Assembly (NCBI RefSeq): GCF_006345805.1
Contig: NC_043005.1
Coordinates: 60,388,001-60,452,000, forward strand
DNA: 64,000 bases
Direction of reading: 5' to 3'
Origin: Octopus sinensis
Taxonomy: Eukaryota
Shown: piece after piece, positions 25,950 through 39,380 of the stretch
Layout: each line of letters starts with the position of its first letter
Position numbering within the stretch: position 1 is the first letter of the stretch
Program-made: the position numbers and the translations under genes
Notes under the pieces: generated by a model
The model's input: the letters and a program-made list of their open reading frames with translations, nothing else
What the model was told of the DNA's origin: nothing
Database searches by the model: none

Positions 25950-27385
25950 ACAGAGGTTCCTCACAACTGGTAGACTTCCAACAAAGTTAAAGAGAGGCAC
26001 AATATACCCTATTCATAAGGAAGGTAGTAGAGCAATTGCTAAACATTAAAGAGCTGTCTCTCGAACTTCCCATATCAGCAAAGTGGTAGAGTGCATGGTC
26101 AGGAAGGAACTAATTGCGTTCCTTGAAGATAACGACTTTCTGACATACAGCATGGTTTTCGCTCAGGAAGAAGCTAGCTTATACAGATTTTGTATCTATG
26201 ACTTGGTATTGAAATTATTAATGAATCGCTCGGACGTGTATGTGATATATATTAACTTTGCAAATCCATTGATAAGGTTGAGCATGGGATATGTAACAAA
26301 CTACGGACAGTCGGCATAACAAGAGAAAATCGGAGAGTGGTTGCATGACTTCTTAAAAGACAGAAGCCAGGCGGTAGCAGCGAACGGAGACCTCTCCAAG
26401 GAGACAGCAGTAGAAAGTGGAGTTCCTTAGAGAACAGTATTGCAGCTGCTACTTTCAGACATGCTATTAGCTATACAGATAGCTACAAATAATAGCTATG
26501 CCGATGATAATCTCCTAGAAAAAGATCTTGATGCCATATATAAAATGGCTGAGGACAAGATGCAATTTAATGCTGTCAAATTTCAAGCCCTCCGCTACAA
26601 GCTAAGTGGTGCTCAAAAGTCGCAACAACGATATTCTAGACCAAAAGGAGCGGCAATCCCAGAATCACATACGGTGCATGATCTTGAGATAGATACGAGC
26701 AAAGATGACTCGTTTCACGTGCATATCACCAAGATGGTTGCAGCGTGCAGGCGAATGGCCAGCTGGATTCTGAGAAACTTCAGAATGCGGGACCAGGAAA
26801 CTAAGCTTGTCCTATGGAGGACATTTGTCCTTAGCCACCTGAACTACTGCTCTTAACTGTGGCCACCTTCCAGTTTTGGATTAGGCGGTTTAGCTATGCT
26901 GTAAAAGGAAGATTGCATCAATGTACCAGCTGAGTTACTGGGAGAGACTTAAGAGCTACTACTCTACCCTCTGGAGCGAAATGGAGAGGTATGCAGTGAT
27001 ATATAAATGGAATATACTGGAGGGGCTGGCACCAAACTTTGGAATTGAGAGTTATACTAGACCTGGAATTGGACGTCACTGCACTGTTCCAAAAGTCCCG
27101 GCCGTCCCCTCCAAGTTAAGGACCATGTACTGCATTAGTTTGGGATTCAAGCGACCACAGCTATCTAACACCTTACCAAAACATCTGATGGATCTCCATG
27201 GAGTGGTGGTAGGTGTTTTCAAATAATTTGACTTCTCACTATCCGAGATCCTAGATGAACCAATATTAAGGCAGGAAATTTAAAAGAGGGCAGCAGTGTC
27301 GAACTCCCACATTAACCAAAAGCAAATCACATAGAATTGGCCAATTGTAAGGTGATTACACTGGTGGTGCCCCAGCATGGCCACA
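25950..27385 (+). mobile_element. CR1/L2-type LINE, 5'-truncated reverse transcriptase + 3' tail, degenerate
   Basis: GRLPTKLKRGTIYPIHKEGSR..SHISKVVE; DVYVIYINFA; VESGVP*RTVL; YADD; MQFNAVKFQAL; VLSHLNYCS; LSYWERLK; tail ggtggtgccccagcatggccaca. Confidence 0.9.
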
Positions 27386-29067
27386 TGGAGCACTCAGTCA
27401 CTTATATTAAAATTGCATGAATAGGCATTAACGCAGGCTTTTGTTTCCCTATTATGATGTAGCTGAAATTTTTCGCTCCGTTTAACACTAGCAAATAGTT
27501 CCTCCGTGGCTTTAGCCGAATTCACTCAGATTCAAACTATCAAATCTGACTGCCCCCAACCCTGAATTAAAGATATCCCTCGCCTTCTTCATTCCGATGT
27601 CCTGAAAATATATACACACTTGCTGGAACTCTTACGTCCTGATGAAGCAGTAATAAAATAAGCTGAGCGAGAAACAGAATACTTGTCTCCAAACAGAGAA
27701 TAAACACATTTAGTTGGCAATCCATGCGTATGGGTTGCAAGTATACGGGTCATAGGAAGGTTTGGATGAGAGAATATTTGTCATAGATACGATTTAAAGA
27801 GTGTAACTTTTCTAATCCTATTGTATTCACTCTTCTATTTTCAGTTGCATTATTTCAATGATAAATATATTGTAAATGTGATTTAATATTGGCGACATTA
27901 TTGAATGATTTTCGGTAAAATCATATTTGAATGTTACATCTTTGCAAAGACCATCCCTTGATAACAATTCATTATGCATAACATGAAAAAAGAAAGATCT
28001 TTCAAAGCAGCTTAAGGATTACATATGTTCAAGGTAAGTCGTGAGTTCAAGATGGTTCACATCAGTTAATTCCAAGTATGTTAGTACTAAGAAAAGCAAC
28101 ATATTTCAGAAATAAGGGTTAATGTTAAGATTACATACAGAATATTCATGTACAACCAATTGTACCAGATGTAATTCAACATAGATGAGAAATAACATAG
28201 GAGTCAATGAGGAGTCCGCTACATGGAAATAACAGCTAAGTCCCTCAAATCTCACATTTGTATCTTACATAGAGAACGGATACGTTAGATAGGATTAGGA
28301 TCCGTGATTGTCATGGAAAAGCTGTAAATCAGTGGAGTTTTAAGCTGCCCTAATAAAAATTTAAAACATATTATATCTTTAATTTTTAGTTACGGTTCTG
28401 CCAGCACTTGCATTACATATTACGAGTAGTAAACCATCTTATCAGAGACCCATGTCCTTGTCTTGAAGTAAGTCTTGAGCAACCTGTAATTTAGCTTTGT
28501 ACGAGTATATTGCAAAATCAATTCAGGAGTCCAAGAGCTAAGTACCAACGTAGTAGAATATATCGATTCTTGTGCATAACTCAGTATACCATATCGCTTA
28601 TGAATATCGGCTGGTTAATTCTGGTTTTGATGTAATGTTCCCCAAATTCACGCAAGGTTTTCCGTCGACGAAGTGAAATATTTAGAGATAAACATACTTC
28701 GGGTGGCTTTGTATGTATATGCGTGCTTGTGTGTACGTATTTGTGTGTACGTGTGCGTGTGGGTGTGTACTGGTGTAAGCATATCGAAACAAAAAGCATA
28801 GACAAACTGTCAGCGGTTATCAACTGACTTGATATCTGACCATTATACACATACCATATCGATTTATACACATCATTTAGCTAATGATCATCTAAGCCGT
28901 CATTTCGTACCTGAATTCAAAGGTGAGGTTGAGGCTCAAATTCGATGTGAGCACTCACTGTATGTACCTATTATCTCATGGAATGTCTTATAACCTACAG
29001 CTTACATTCATTTATGTATGTGTGTGTGTGTCTGTCTTTGTTTGTGTATGCGTATGTGCGCTTGTGC

Positions 29068-29136
<69 letters not shown>

Positions 29137-29143
29137 TATACAC

Positions 29144-29182
<39 letters not shown>

Positions 29183-30817
29183 TACATACATGCAGAGCGA
29201 TGATCGGTTGAGCTGTATAAAGTGGATACCTATATCACATATTTCTTCAATGTTATGTGTCTGTATGTATGTTAGTACGTACGTACTTTGCGAGTATGCA
29301 TGTATTTGTGCATGTTTGTATGTATGTATGTAGACACTGTAACAGCTCTAGCGAAATATCGCCGGTGATCAGATATGGTCAAAGTTTGTGAAATTGGTTT
29401 TCCGCAGCCCTTTTCTTTGACGGGTATGCAATCCTTACATAGCATGCCATGTGTTCCCAAACATATACCTATGAGCTTTTTCTTTCGAGTTTCCGTATTT
29501 TGGAGAGTTGCTAAGTCTTTTTAGAAAGAGAAACTCTAACAAAGAAGCTGCTTTTCTACAAGGAGATAAGAAAAAGACTCCAACTAGACATATCTGGGAC
29601 ATGAAGACTAACTATACATCACACACCATCAATTGGAATAAAGTACACACATCCACGCCATACATTAATGGAATACATAGATGTATGCTCTCATAGGTTG
29701 TACCATTTTTAGATCTGAGTCCCCTACTGACCTACTAAATTTTAGCGATGAAATTTTTATGATAAGTAAGAATCTGGATGAATTCCTTTTATTGAACTGG
29801 AAAAGACCACAATCTCCGTATTAAGCTGGCAGGTTCATAATGATTGACCTTTCCCTCCTTGAATTCATTTACAAAAACCATACTAATTCCGAACCGAATT
29901 GGCGAAAGGGATGCAAATATTAATATTTTCTTTATCCTCTGTCTCCACTATTTTTCTTTTACCTTCCTTCCGTCCTATTTAGTGGTTTCATTAAGAACAG
30001 CATCGTTTCCCGATCACTGATAAAAGACCATCTATATTTAATATTTGTGTCTAAATGGTTCTGAAGGTGTCCTCGGAAACATGCGGCGTGCTATAGAAAC
30101 TTGTCTAACAATGGCTTTTTCAAAGTATGAAGCTAACAGTAGTTAGAATATAAAATCCTTTGTATATTAAATGGTACACACACACACATAGGCTTATGTG
30201 AAAATTCTCGTACAAAAGAAATCCGCACAACTCTATCATGCGGTTGATAAAGATGATGACGACGACGATGATGATGAGGAGGAGGAGGAAGAGGGGGAGG
30301 AGAAGGAATAAGAGGGGGAGAGAGTTGATGAGAAGGAGATAAAAAATGAAAGTGTGGGGTGCAAGTTTGACAGAGAACGAAAAAGGAAATTATATTAAAA
30401 CGAAATGCGCCTAACGTATAATTAACGAACATGAAAAGAGGGAGAGCAATATGTATAGAAAAACGAAAGAAAGAATATAAAAATAACAACAGATAAATAG
30501 ACAGTAGGGTGAATAGAAAAATATACCGTTCGGAATTTAGATTAATTCCTGCATCGCTCCATATAAGGGCAAATTTATATGGAAATATGTTGCGCCTCTG
30601 CAAAACATCATTATATATATATATATATATATCATTATAGGTGTATACAAAAACGTATTTTATATATGACTATATAGACAAGTATGCTTGAAGGTATACA
30701 CACACGCACATAAATATATATATATATATATATCTACAGATATATATATATATATATGTACATATATATATGCATATATATATATAAATATATATATATA
30801 CGTACATACATACACAC

Positions 30818-30902
<85 letters not shown>

Positions 30903-31140
30903 CATACATACATATATATATATATATTCATATATTGTGTATATATTAATAACGATTTAGAATGAGAAATTATTAACTCCGGATTGTTACATTCATATAA
31001 TTTATATTTTTACACTGTCAAAACAAACGTTGCATATATCTTGGGTAATATTAAAATATCTATGGAAAAAACACACCTTTTACATTGGTAAACTGATATC
31101 ATAGTCAATAAGTGTGTGTGTATATATATATATATGTATA

Positions 31141-31173
<33 letters not shown>

Positions 31174-31243
31174 ATGCATGTATATATGCATATATATATA
31201 TGTATGTATATATGTATGCATATATATATGCATGTATATTTGT

Positions 31244-31285
<42 letters not shown>

Positions 31286-31578
31286 ACTCGAGTGTGTGCG
31301 CGCGCATATATTTAGGCCCATGCATATGAAACATTAAACACAAATGTTCGAAATCCATGAGAGAGAAATATGAACAATACATATTATTAAATAAGAGAAT
31401 GTAATGAAAACATTTTGAGTAATATGCCGCAGAAGGTAAAGAAACAAAAATTGCTAATATATTATAAGGACTAAAATCTGTTAAGAAAGCAAATTATTCT
31501 GGAAGCCAAGTATTAAGAAAACAAAATATAGTGACAATAATAAATCTCTGAGCGAGATATAAACAGTAACTGCTCTAT

Positions 31579-31950
31579 AACATAAGGGGGATCAGCCATC
31601 TGAATGTGGCTAGGGTCAGGGGGGTAGTGGGGGTGTTACTGATGCATTTTCTACGCCAGTGACTGTGGTTACTGTGAAAATCCCTATATATCCAGCCTGT
31701 AGAGGAAGTCCCTCAACGAAGAACGGTACTTGCCATGCGTTGACAAGAGGCAATAACCTCGAAACCGGTCCGTATGTAGTATCCGTAACTTCGGGGAGGC
31801 TGATCTCCCTTTGCAGGCTGGCAAGGACACCGAGATGGTGTCAGCCCTTCTGGTGACGTTGATGATCGCCTGGGGCTAAATGCATCAGTAACACCCCCAC
31901 TACCCCGCCCTGACCCTAGCCACATTCAGATGGCTGATACCCCTTATGTT
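31579..31950. mobile_element. 372-bp non-coding element with ~71-bp terminal inverted repeats and an HHR in the interior
   Basis: Left arm 31579-31649 aacataagggggatcagccatctgaatgtggctagggtcag...; right arm 31878-31950 is its reverse complement. No clear TSD. Confidence 0.9.
31734..31776 (+). ncRNA. Minimal type-I HHR with U3-A8 core variant
   Basis: catgcg-TTGACAA-gagg(caataa)cctc-GAAA-ccg-GTC-cgtatg: 6-bp helix I, G10.1-C11.1, palindromic ACCGGT helix III, GUC site (cleavage after 31770). Confidence 0.78.
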
Positions 31951-32226
31951 GAAAATATAGTGATGTATGGTTTAAAAGAATTAATAAATTGACACGAACG
32001 TAATGTATGTGTTCCCTATACTAATTAATTACCTGTCTTGCATCTAATCTTTATGCATCGAAGTTTCTCAAGTTAGACATGTTTCATTTGCAAATATCGA
32101 ATTTGAGATTGCTATTTTACGAACTTAAACATATATTAACACTATGTTCATTCGACATGTTGTGTTCCTCCAAATGCAGCAAAGCGGGCTTTTCTAATAT
32201 GGTAAGAAACAAGTAAATTGTCCATA

Positions 32227-32809
32227 TACAAGGTGTGGGAAATAAACTGTCGTCTAAATAACGCAAAATTGAGAATAACACTGACATCTCATTTTAACAG
32301 ATATATTTACCAAAATTATATTAAAATATCTTGAAATACCAAACCGTAAATTTATTCAATAAAATCGCCATTGACGTCAACCACGGAATCTCTTGCAACT
32401 CTTCTGGGCGGTCTCCTTGACTAAGTTGGGAAATGCTGCCATAAACCTTGCCTTCAATTCATCTTTGGTATTACAATGAGTTTTATTAGTCTCTCGCTCA
32501 ACTGTACCCCACACATAATAATAAAGGGGGTTGCAGTCTGGAGAGTTAGATGAGCAGATGTCATGGTAGTGTGGTCGCAGAAATTGTCTGACAGCCATTA
32601 CTGTGTTCTCCTGTTTGTGTGGCATAGTGAAGAGTCCTGTTGTCAGACAAAGTGTCTTCTAGCACTCATCCTCTTTACCCAGGGCAGCACTACCTCGTCC
32701 AAACACGTAATGTAGGCCTCCAGGCCATGTAGGAAGATGAATGGAGGCATAATGTTGCCATCACTAGTGATCACTCCAAACAGAATGGTGTTGACTGGAT
32801 ATTTGATTT
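32227..32809 (-). mobile_element. maT/DD37D-like Tc1-mariner transposase 3' half with terminal repeat
   Basis: LFGVITSDGNIMPPFIF..EAYITCLDEVVLPWVK; QQDS; NSPDCNPLYYYVWGTVERETNKTHCNTKDELKAR; TA-flanked end at 32227. Confidence 0.85.
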
Positions 32810-32818
32810 CTATCTCTC

Positions 32819-32948
32819 TCGGTTCGGCAAAAGAGACTGATAGAATCAGTAGAAAGCTTACAAGGAATAGTCCTAGTGCCAATTTGCTCGATTTAAGGCG
32901 GTGCTCCAGCATGACCAGAGTGAAAATTTCTGAAACAAGTAAAAGAAT
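32819..32948 (+). mobile_element. SINE 3' fragment (10087 family)
   Basis: ggttcggcaaaagagac...ggcggtgctccagcatg...gaaacaagtaaaagaata. Confidence 0.85.
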
Positions 32949-33169
32949 ATATATATATATATATATATATACCTAAAAGTACATATATATTGTGAGGTAA
33001 CGCTGAGTAAATGCTATGGGCAGCCCATAGTTAAACACCAGGTTCGATAATAATACGAATGAGGAGTCCATCGTGGGTCGTGTATTAGCATGGATATATA
33101 TAATAATAATTAACACAACGAGAAAAATCCAAGGCTGTGAATAGTTTTCAGAATATTTATAAGGGGAAG

Positions 33170-33217
33170 GTCTTACAGATGTTTCCGGGATATTTTATAT
33201 ATCTCTTCATCAGAGAC
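33170..33217 (-). ncRNA. Type-I HHR motif (same family as 1816-1870) within unit ~32990-33480
   Basis: Minus strand: gtct-CTGATGA-agagatat(ataaa)atatcccg-GAAA-catct-GTA-agac; helix II has two mismatches. Confidence 0.6.
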
Positions 33218-33699
33218 GGTGCGATAAAATGATTAAGTAATAATTATTGTAGAGAAGATATGAAATACAGAGGGAAGTGAAAGAATGAAAAGTGAAGGAA
33301 TTGAGATACGTAAGGATATTGTATTTGCACATCCATTATCTCAGCAGAATGGTGTATACATAGGTTTCCTGTACCTTGTTTTCCGCCCTTAACTTTCTCT
33401 CATTGTTACGAATATAGAGGCGGCGCTCACTCTCAAATTTTTTAACCTTTTCTTTTTATATATACTTTTTCATTTTTTTTCTTTTTAGTTGTGTGAATGT
33501 GTACGTATGCGAGTATATTTATGTATATTTATGCATATTTTTTTATGTATATGAGTGTACGTATGTATATATGTGTATGCATATACGTATGTGTATGAGT
33601 GTAAGATTGTATCCGGTGCATACGTGCGACTTCCATGCACACATTGATATGGATATGCATATGTTTGTATATGGGCAGGTATAGGTGTGTGATAGGAGG

Positions 33700-33738
<39 letters not shown>

Positions 33739-34019
33739 AGTGTGTGTGTGTATGAGGATGAAGTTGCCTGCACATACGCATATATATGTATATATATACA
33801 TGTGTGCATGTGTGTATGTGGGGATGTGTGTGTATATATTAGTACGTAAATGCACATATATGTTTGTGTGTGTATGTGCATGTACATATGTATGCTTGTG
33901 TGAGTGGTGAACGTGTAAGTATATAGACTTTATGAACGCAGGAGGTTTTATGTCAATGCACTGTGAGAATATGGTCGCGTGTATTTTTTATATTTTTTCT
34001 TTGTTTTCTACCAATTAGA

Positions 34020-34172
34020 GTAACCTCCCTTTTATTCAACGGTTTTTCATAGCGTCTACGTCCATTAATAGCCGATGAGACAGCATCGTAGCTCTTCGCT
34101 CCGACATACGAAACCCCGAGTACTGTAATGACAATTATATAAACAATCTCCTATTTACCTGATATCGAGGTC
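34020..34172 (+). mobile_element. Solo PLE 3'-end fragment with degenerate HHR (34068-34126, CCGATGA core)
   Basis: Homologous to 13805-13970 (aacgg.tttttcata.cgt; GAAA-c.ccgag-T; tatttac.t.atat.gaggtctc). Confidence 0.55.
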
Positions 34173-35504
34173 TCAAATATATATGTACATTTATGTACAT
34201 TTGTGTTTGTGTGTATATGTATTTCTGTATTGAATGCATGTATATATTTGTTTCACTGGCTTAGAACTAATTCAAACTGGTAAAATTAAACAAATCTTGG
34301 TTAAAACCAGCAATTTCTTTTAAAGCAGGAATTGAATGAGTGATACAACATATTATTCTTAACATAACTGCACTTTACTCATTCTTATTCACATTTTTGT
34401 GCATTTTACGTACATATAATACAATGCAAATATTGCGTTTGTATGTGTGCGCGTATGTGTGTGTTACCGCCATAAATTTGATGGCGATGCAGTCTCTATT
34501 GTTAGGAAAACTGTTTTGCAATGCATTTAGAAAGAAAATACAATTTATTAACGTTCTTAAAACAATTTTATTGTTATCCAAGGAAATCTATGTAGTTACT
34601 CACGACATATCTGCACAATTTTCGAAACATTTTTGTCCTCATTAAGGCACATAATTGTAGTTCATTGTCAGCCCGTTTCGTGCAGAACATTCATTGTATT
34701 GCACCTATAAATTTCCTATTTAATTTATCGTTTATGCGCTACTGAATATATTCATTTTGCTATTCTTGTCCTTTCATGGTTTTGCAGGCAAACTTATTAT
34801 GTGTTATTTTCTCTTCACAAGTGTTATGTATTCTGTGTATTTTTATCTCATTCATAAAGTATACACGCAAATCACTATACGAGTGTTCATATCTGTATTT
34901 AATTATTATCTTTAAGAGTTTTCTTAGTGTCATTCTGCTTTCTCTCTGAATAGCTGGTACAACCTACATTTATATAGAATTTTGTTTCGCAATTTTAACA
35001 TGGATGCTCCTGAGTGATTGTGTGAGGCCTTCATAAAACCGCTAATATCATCTACAGAATTCAATGTTTATTTATATTTTCAAAATATCGTTTTCTTTTA
35101 TCAATAAACTACAAATAAATAACCACCTGTAGCTGAAGATGGTTCTAAGTTTAAAATTGTTGGAGCCCTTGCATAATTTTACACGAAACATTTATAATCA
35201 AGTACAGTCATAGCTGGTGATTTCTGTATGCTGCTAATAGTTTCCTGGCTTTTGTCTACGTTTATCAATTCACTAATTTTCCGGTTTATTTTGTTGAATA
35301 TGTAATTTAACGCATTCTTCCCTATTATCTTATTTTTGTCATTGAGCTCTGAGTGTTAATATTAGCCTAACTCTTCTAATTTACACTTTCATTTCTGAGT
35401 GTGTTGTATTTTAGATATTTCATTTATTCCAGGCACTGGTGTCGCTAATATATATATATATTTTAACAAGCTAAATAGCTAGCTAATCGTAACAAAGTGC
35501 CTGG

Positions 35505-36498
35505 CCTGGCACTAAATGCTTAGCATTATTCTTCCGCCTCTTTACGTTCCGAATTCAAATACCCCAGAGGTCAGCTTTCCCTTTTATCCCTACGAGGTTG
35601 ATAGAATAAAAAAAACAGCTGCCTCTGTGGCAAAATTTGAAGCTAATAGTATTATTGTTATTATTATTCATATATTCAAGACGGCGAGCTGTCAGAAACG
35701 TTAGCACGCCGGGCGAAATGCTTAGCAGTTTTTCGTCTGTCGCTACGTTCTGAGCTCTAATGCCGTCGAGGTCGACTTTGCCTTTAATCGTTTCGGGTCG
35801 ATAGATTAAGTACTAGTTACGCACTGGGGTCGATTTAATCGACTTAATCCGTTTGTCTGTCCTTGTTTGTCCTCTCTATGTTTAGCCCCTTGTGGGTAGT
35901 AAATAAATAGTTATTTCCTCCGCATTTAAAAGAATATAAGGCGGTGAGCTGGCAGAATCGTTAGCACGCCGGGCAAAATGCTTTGTGGTATTTCGTCCGC
36001 TGCTACGTTCTGAGATCAAATTCTGCCGAGGTCGGCTTTGCCTTTTATCCTTTCGGAGTCGATAAATTAAGGACCAGTTACGCACTGGAGTAGATATAAT
36101 CGACTTAGTCCGTTTGTTTGTCCTTGTTTGTCCTTTCTGTGTTTAGTCCCTTGTGGGTAGTAAAGAAATAGGTATTTCGTCTGTTTTTACGTTCGGAGTT
36201 CAAATTCCGCCGAGGTCAACTTTGCCTTTCATCCTTTCGGGGTCGATAAATTAAGTACCAGTTACGCACTGGGGTCGATGTAATCGATTTAATCCGTTTA
36301 CCTGTCCTTGTTTGTCCTCTCTGTGGGTAGTAAAGAAATAGGTATTTCGTCTGCCGCGAAGTTTTGAGTTCAAATTTGCCTTTCATCCCTTTGTGGTCGA
36401 TAGATTAAGTACCAGTTAAACACTGGGGTCTATATAGTTGTCTCATCCCCTCCCCCAAAATTGCTGCCCATGTGGCAAAATTTGAAACCATTATTATT
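35505..36498 (+). mobile_element. Tandem/concatemeric SINE array (~5 partial or whole units, ~190-260 bp each)
   Basis: Repeated blocks ttctgag.tcaaat..gccgaggtc.actttgcc.tt.atcc.ttcgg.gtcgata.attaag.accagtta.gcactgg; heads at ~35678 and ~35936. Confidence 0.87.
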
Positions 36499-39199
36499 GA
36501 TGTATTCGATATTTTAATAAAAGAATAAACAAAATACAGTAGATTTGATTAAATATGTATCATATTTGATGATATCACCAGATACCTTGCTTAATTTATC
36601 TCATTGCTGATGGCTTAGTAGTATAACGGTAATATCCATTAATTTTTGGGATGTTTTCTTCTGCTTTGTAAATGAAATAGTCAATCTTAAGCAATGAATT
36701 TTCGGCTTCATATGAACAAAGACGTTGTGCCTGAAGGCTATTAACGTCGAATACCGTAGTTTATATTTAGGTTTTTTCATGGAGAATGGTTATACTTGCA
36801 GACTTACCATGCGATAGATATATGAAAGCTTCATATGATCACCGCATAAATACATTTATATAATAATGAAATACTTTATGCACGATTATACTTTGCGTTA
36901 AATATTATAGTTGAAATGAAAACCTACAAAATCCGAAAGAAAACGCTTAGACTGGGAAGTGAAATTTTCTTCTATTTTCATAAGTTTTCATAATATTACT
37001 GAAATAACACGTAAACAATTATTCTAAATATTGATAGATACTGGAAATGTCATACTCTAAGCTGAGGGGATTCGGCAGTAAAATCAATGACAAATGACAA
37101 AACATGTCTCTGAATAACTATTTAATGATATATCGATATGTGTATTGCTAATATTATAATAATAATGATAATAATAATGAAGATGATGAACCCTAATACA
37201 GGTGCAATATCTCATATTTTGACGACAGGAGTAATCGATTATATCGACTATAATCCTATAGAAGAATAAATGCAGAGCTTATCATGGCGAAAGAAAGAAC
37301 TCAAATAGTACAAGAAAGGAAATAGATTCACATTCATTTATTTTCTCCAATACGCTAGCATCAAACGTAGGCGAAATATCAATTATTACATAAATTATAG
37401 TCACTTTTGTACACTCACACGTGACTTCAAGGATATTTAATCTTCGGAGGCAAAGACACTTATTACAGCAATCTATATAATTAACCTATGTACTACTGAA
37501 AGTTATAACGATTGCCGTGAAAATAGGTAAACAGCCGCTTTAGAACAAAAACAACCGACAGTGATAATTACGTCAATTCAAGTTTCAGCAGGGAGCCGTT
37601 GTCATTGTGCCAACACGTATACAACGAGTGGGTGCTTTTAAATATGTATTGTTCAGGAAATGTGATATATAAAGTTTAAAGACAATAAATGTATTTCTGC
37701 TACTACTACACATATTGAAGCCCAGTCGAATAACAGTGCTGTTTCTTTGAGTTTAACAGAGTGATGGCGTTATCATCACTTTTCATTAACCTACTTGATA
37801 TATTCTTACGACCTTTAAACTCGATAATGAAATTAAATTTATTGCTGAGTTTAAACAACGAATATGTGGTTCCATGTAAACAATGAATTATTACGAGCAT
37901 TACGAAAATACAAAAACAAAAGGAAATTAATATTTCTGTGAAACATCATTAAGAAAATATGGAGTCAACTCCCAGCGGGTTCTTATATATATATTTTTTT
38001 TCCGCTATATTTTTTAGTCTGCAAAAGCGAGCTTTGTCTAAATGTAAATATAAATTCATTGTTGAATCCTAGGTTACCCAACAATACATTTAATATTAAA
38101 TTTAATTATTTGAATATTGTAAATTTTCATAAATGGACGTTGCTTTTCTATAGATGAATGTTCCACACATAGCGAGAATAGTATTTGAAACAAAAGAATT
38201 TACAAATCATTCTCTTTGACAAAGTTTGGTTTTTATAAATTTATACTTATATGTATTCCATCTTTTTATTACCTATATTTTGTGTACATTTCTCTTAAAA
38301 GTTATTTCTATGGAATTAATTATTACGCTGGATATATGAAATTATATATTCATTGAAATTTAATGAATTAGAGTTGGAAAATGAAGCCACAAAATTGTTT
38401 ATTTTTTTTATTTTTGTTTAATCCCTTGATAAAGAAGATTCAGACAATTTGTTTTGATAGCTTAGATTATTTCTGGTTGATGTTTTATGGTTAAAAATAT
38501 GTACAATAATAATCTGGCGAAAAGTTTTGAAGTCATAAATAGCAACATGCAGGAAGAAATTGTTACGCCGTTCTAATTATCAACTAAAACAATTTGCCTG
38601 AATTATTAAAATATTATTTGAATTATTTCAATGTTATGCTAATATACTTGAAAATTATTAAAAAATGGTATCAGCATATCTTTCAACTTCGTCGCCTTTT
38701 TAAAAAATATATTTTAACAGCGTGAGTTTAAATTCCATGCTTGCCATTATACAAATGAATTACAAAATATTGAGTATTGTGTGAGGAAAACATAATGGAG
38801 CAAATAAAGGTGGGCTTAAGAGAATTGGATTTGAAAACAGATAGTTTTATTATGGGGATAAAGAAACAATAAAGATGACGTTTATTTATTATGATTATTA
38901 ATACAGGAACCTATTTTTGCAATGTTATGAATAGTGTATACGAAATTGGTTTTTATATAAAAATAAATGTATAGTTTGAGTCAAATAGCCTGCTTGTTTT
39001 GTGCTTTATATTTCCGATGTTTCAGCTATAAATTTCATGAATTATTCATTTTGTAGTGTTATTTTTTAAAATTGATCTGTACATATTCAGATATTTCATT
39101 ATTTAGATCGTGCCATTATCGTTGGCGTCCATGTTATCGTTGTTGTTAGTGATGTTACTGCCGTTCTTGATACTGTTGTTCAATATTTGAAGTCAAATC

Positions 39200-39380
39200 T
39201 TTTGATCAGATCTCTAACTAATGCATTTGGCATTGTCCATCGTGGCATTTGCTTCAGTTATAATGTATTTACAACACATCATCCACAGTCTCTTTCTTTG
39301 TTTTACAATTATAGAACATATTGTTTGACTGCAAACCCAATCGGACCAAGTGAAGTAATTATTCACACCATCCTTGCAAA
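39200..39380 (-). pseudogene. Possible degraded thrombospondin type-1 (TSP1)-like exon
   Basis: After an acceptor-like ttttgcaag: 'FTWSDWVCSQTICSIIVKQRKR'; after frameshifts 'DCG*CVVNT' and 'KCHDGQC'. Resemblance by eye only. Confidence 0.25.

Noticed and set aside
27638-27690. CTGATGA...GAAA motif
   Set aside because: No consistent helix I/III or NUH site could be built.
35505-36498. CRISPR-like repeat array
   Set aside because: The units are long degenerate SINE bodies without unique spacers, in a eukaryotic context.
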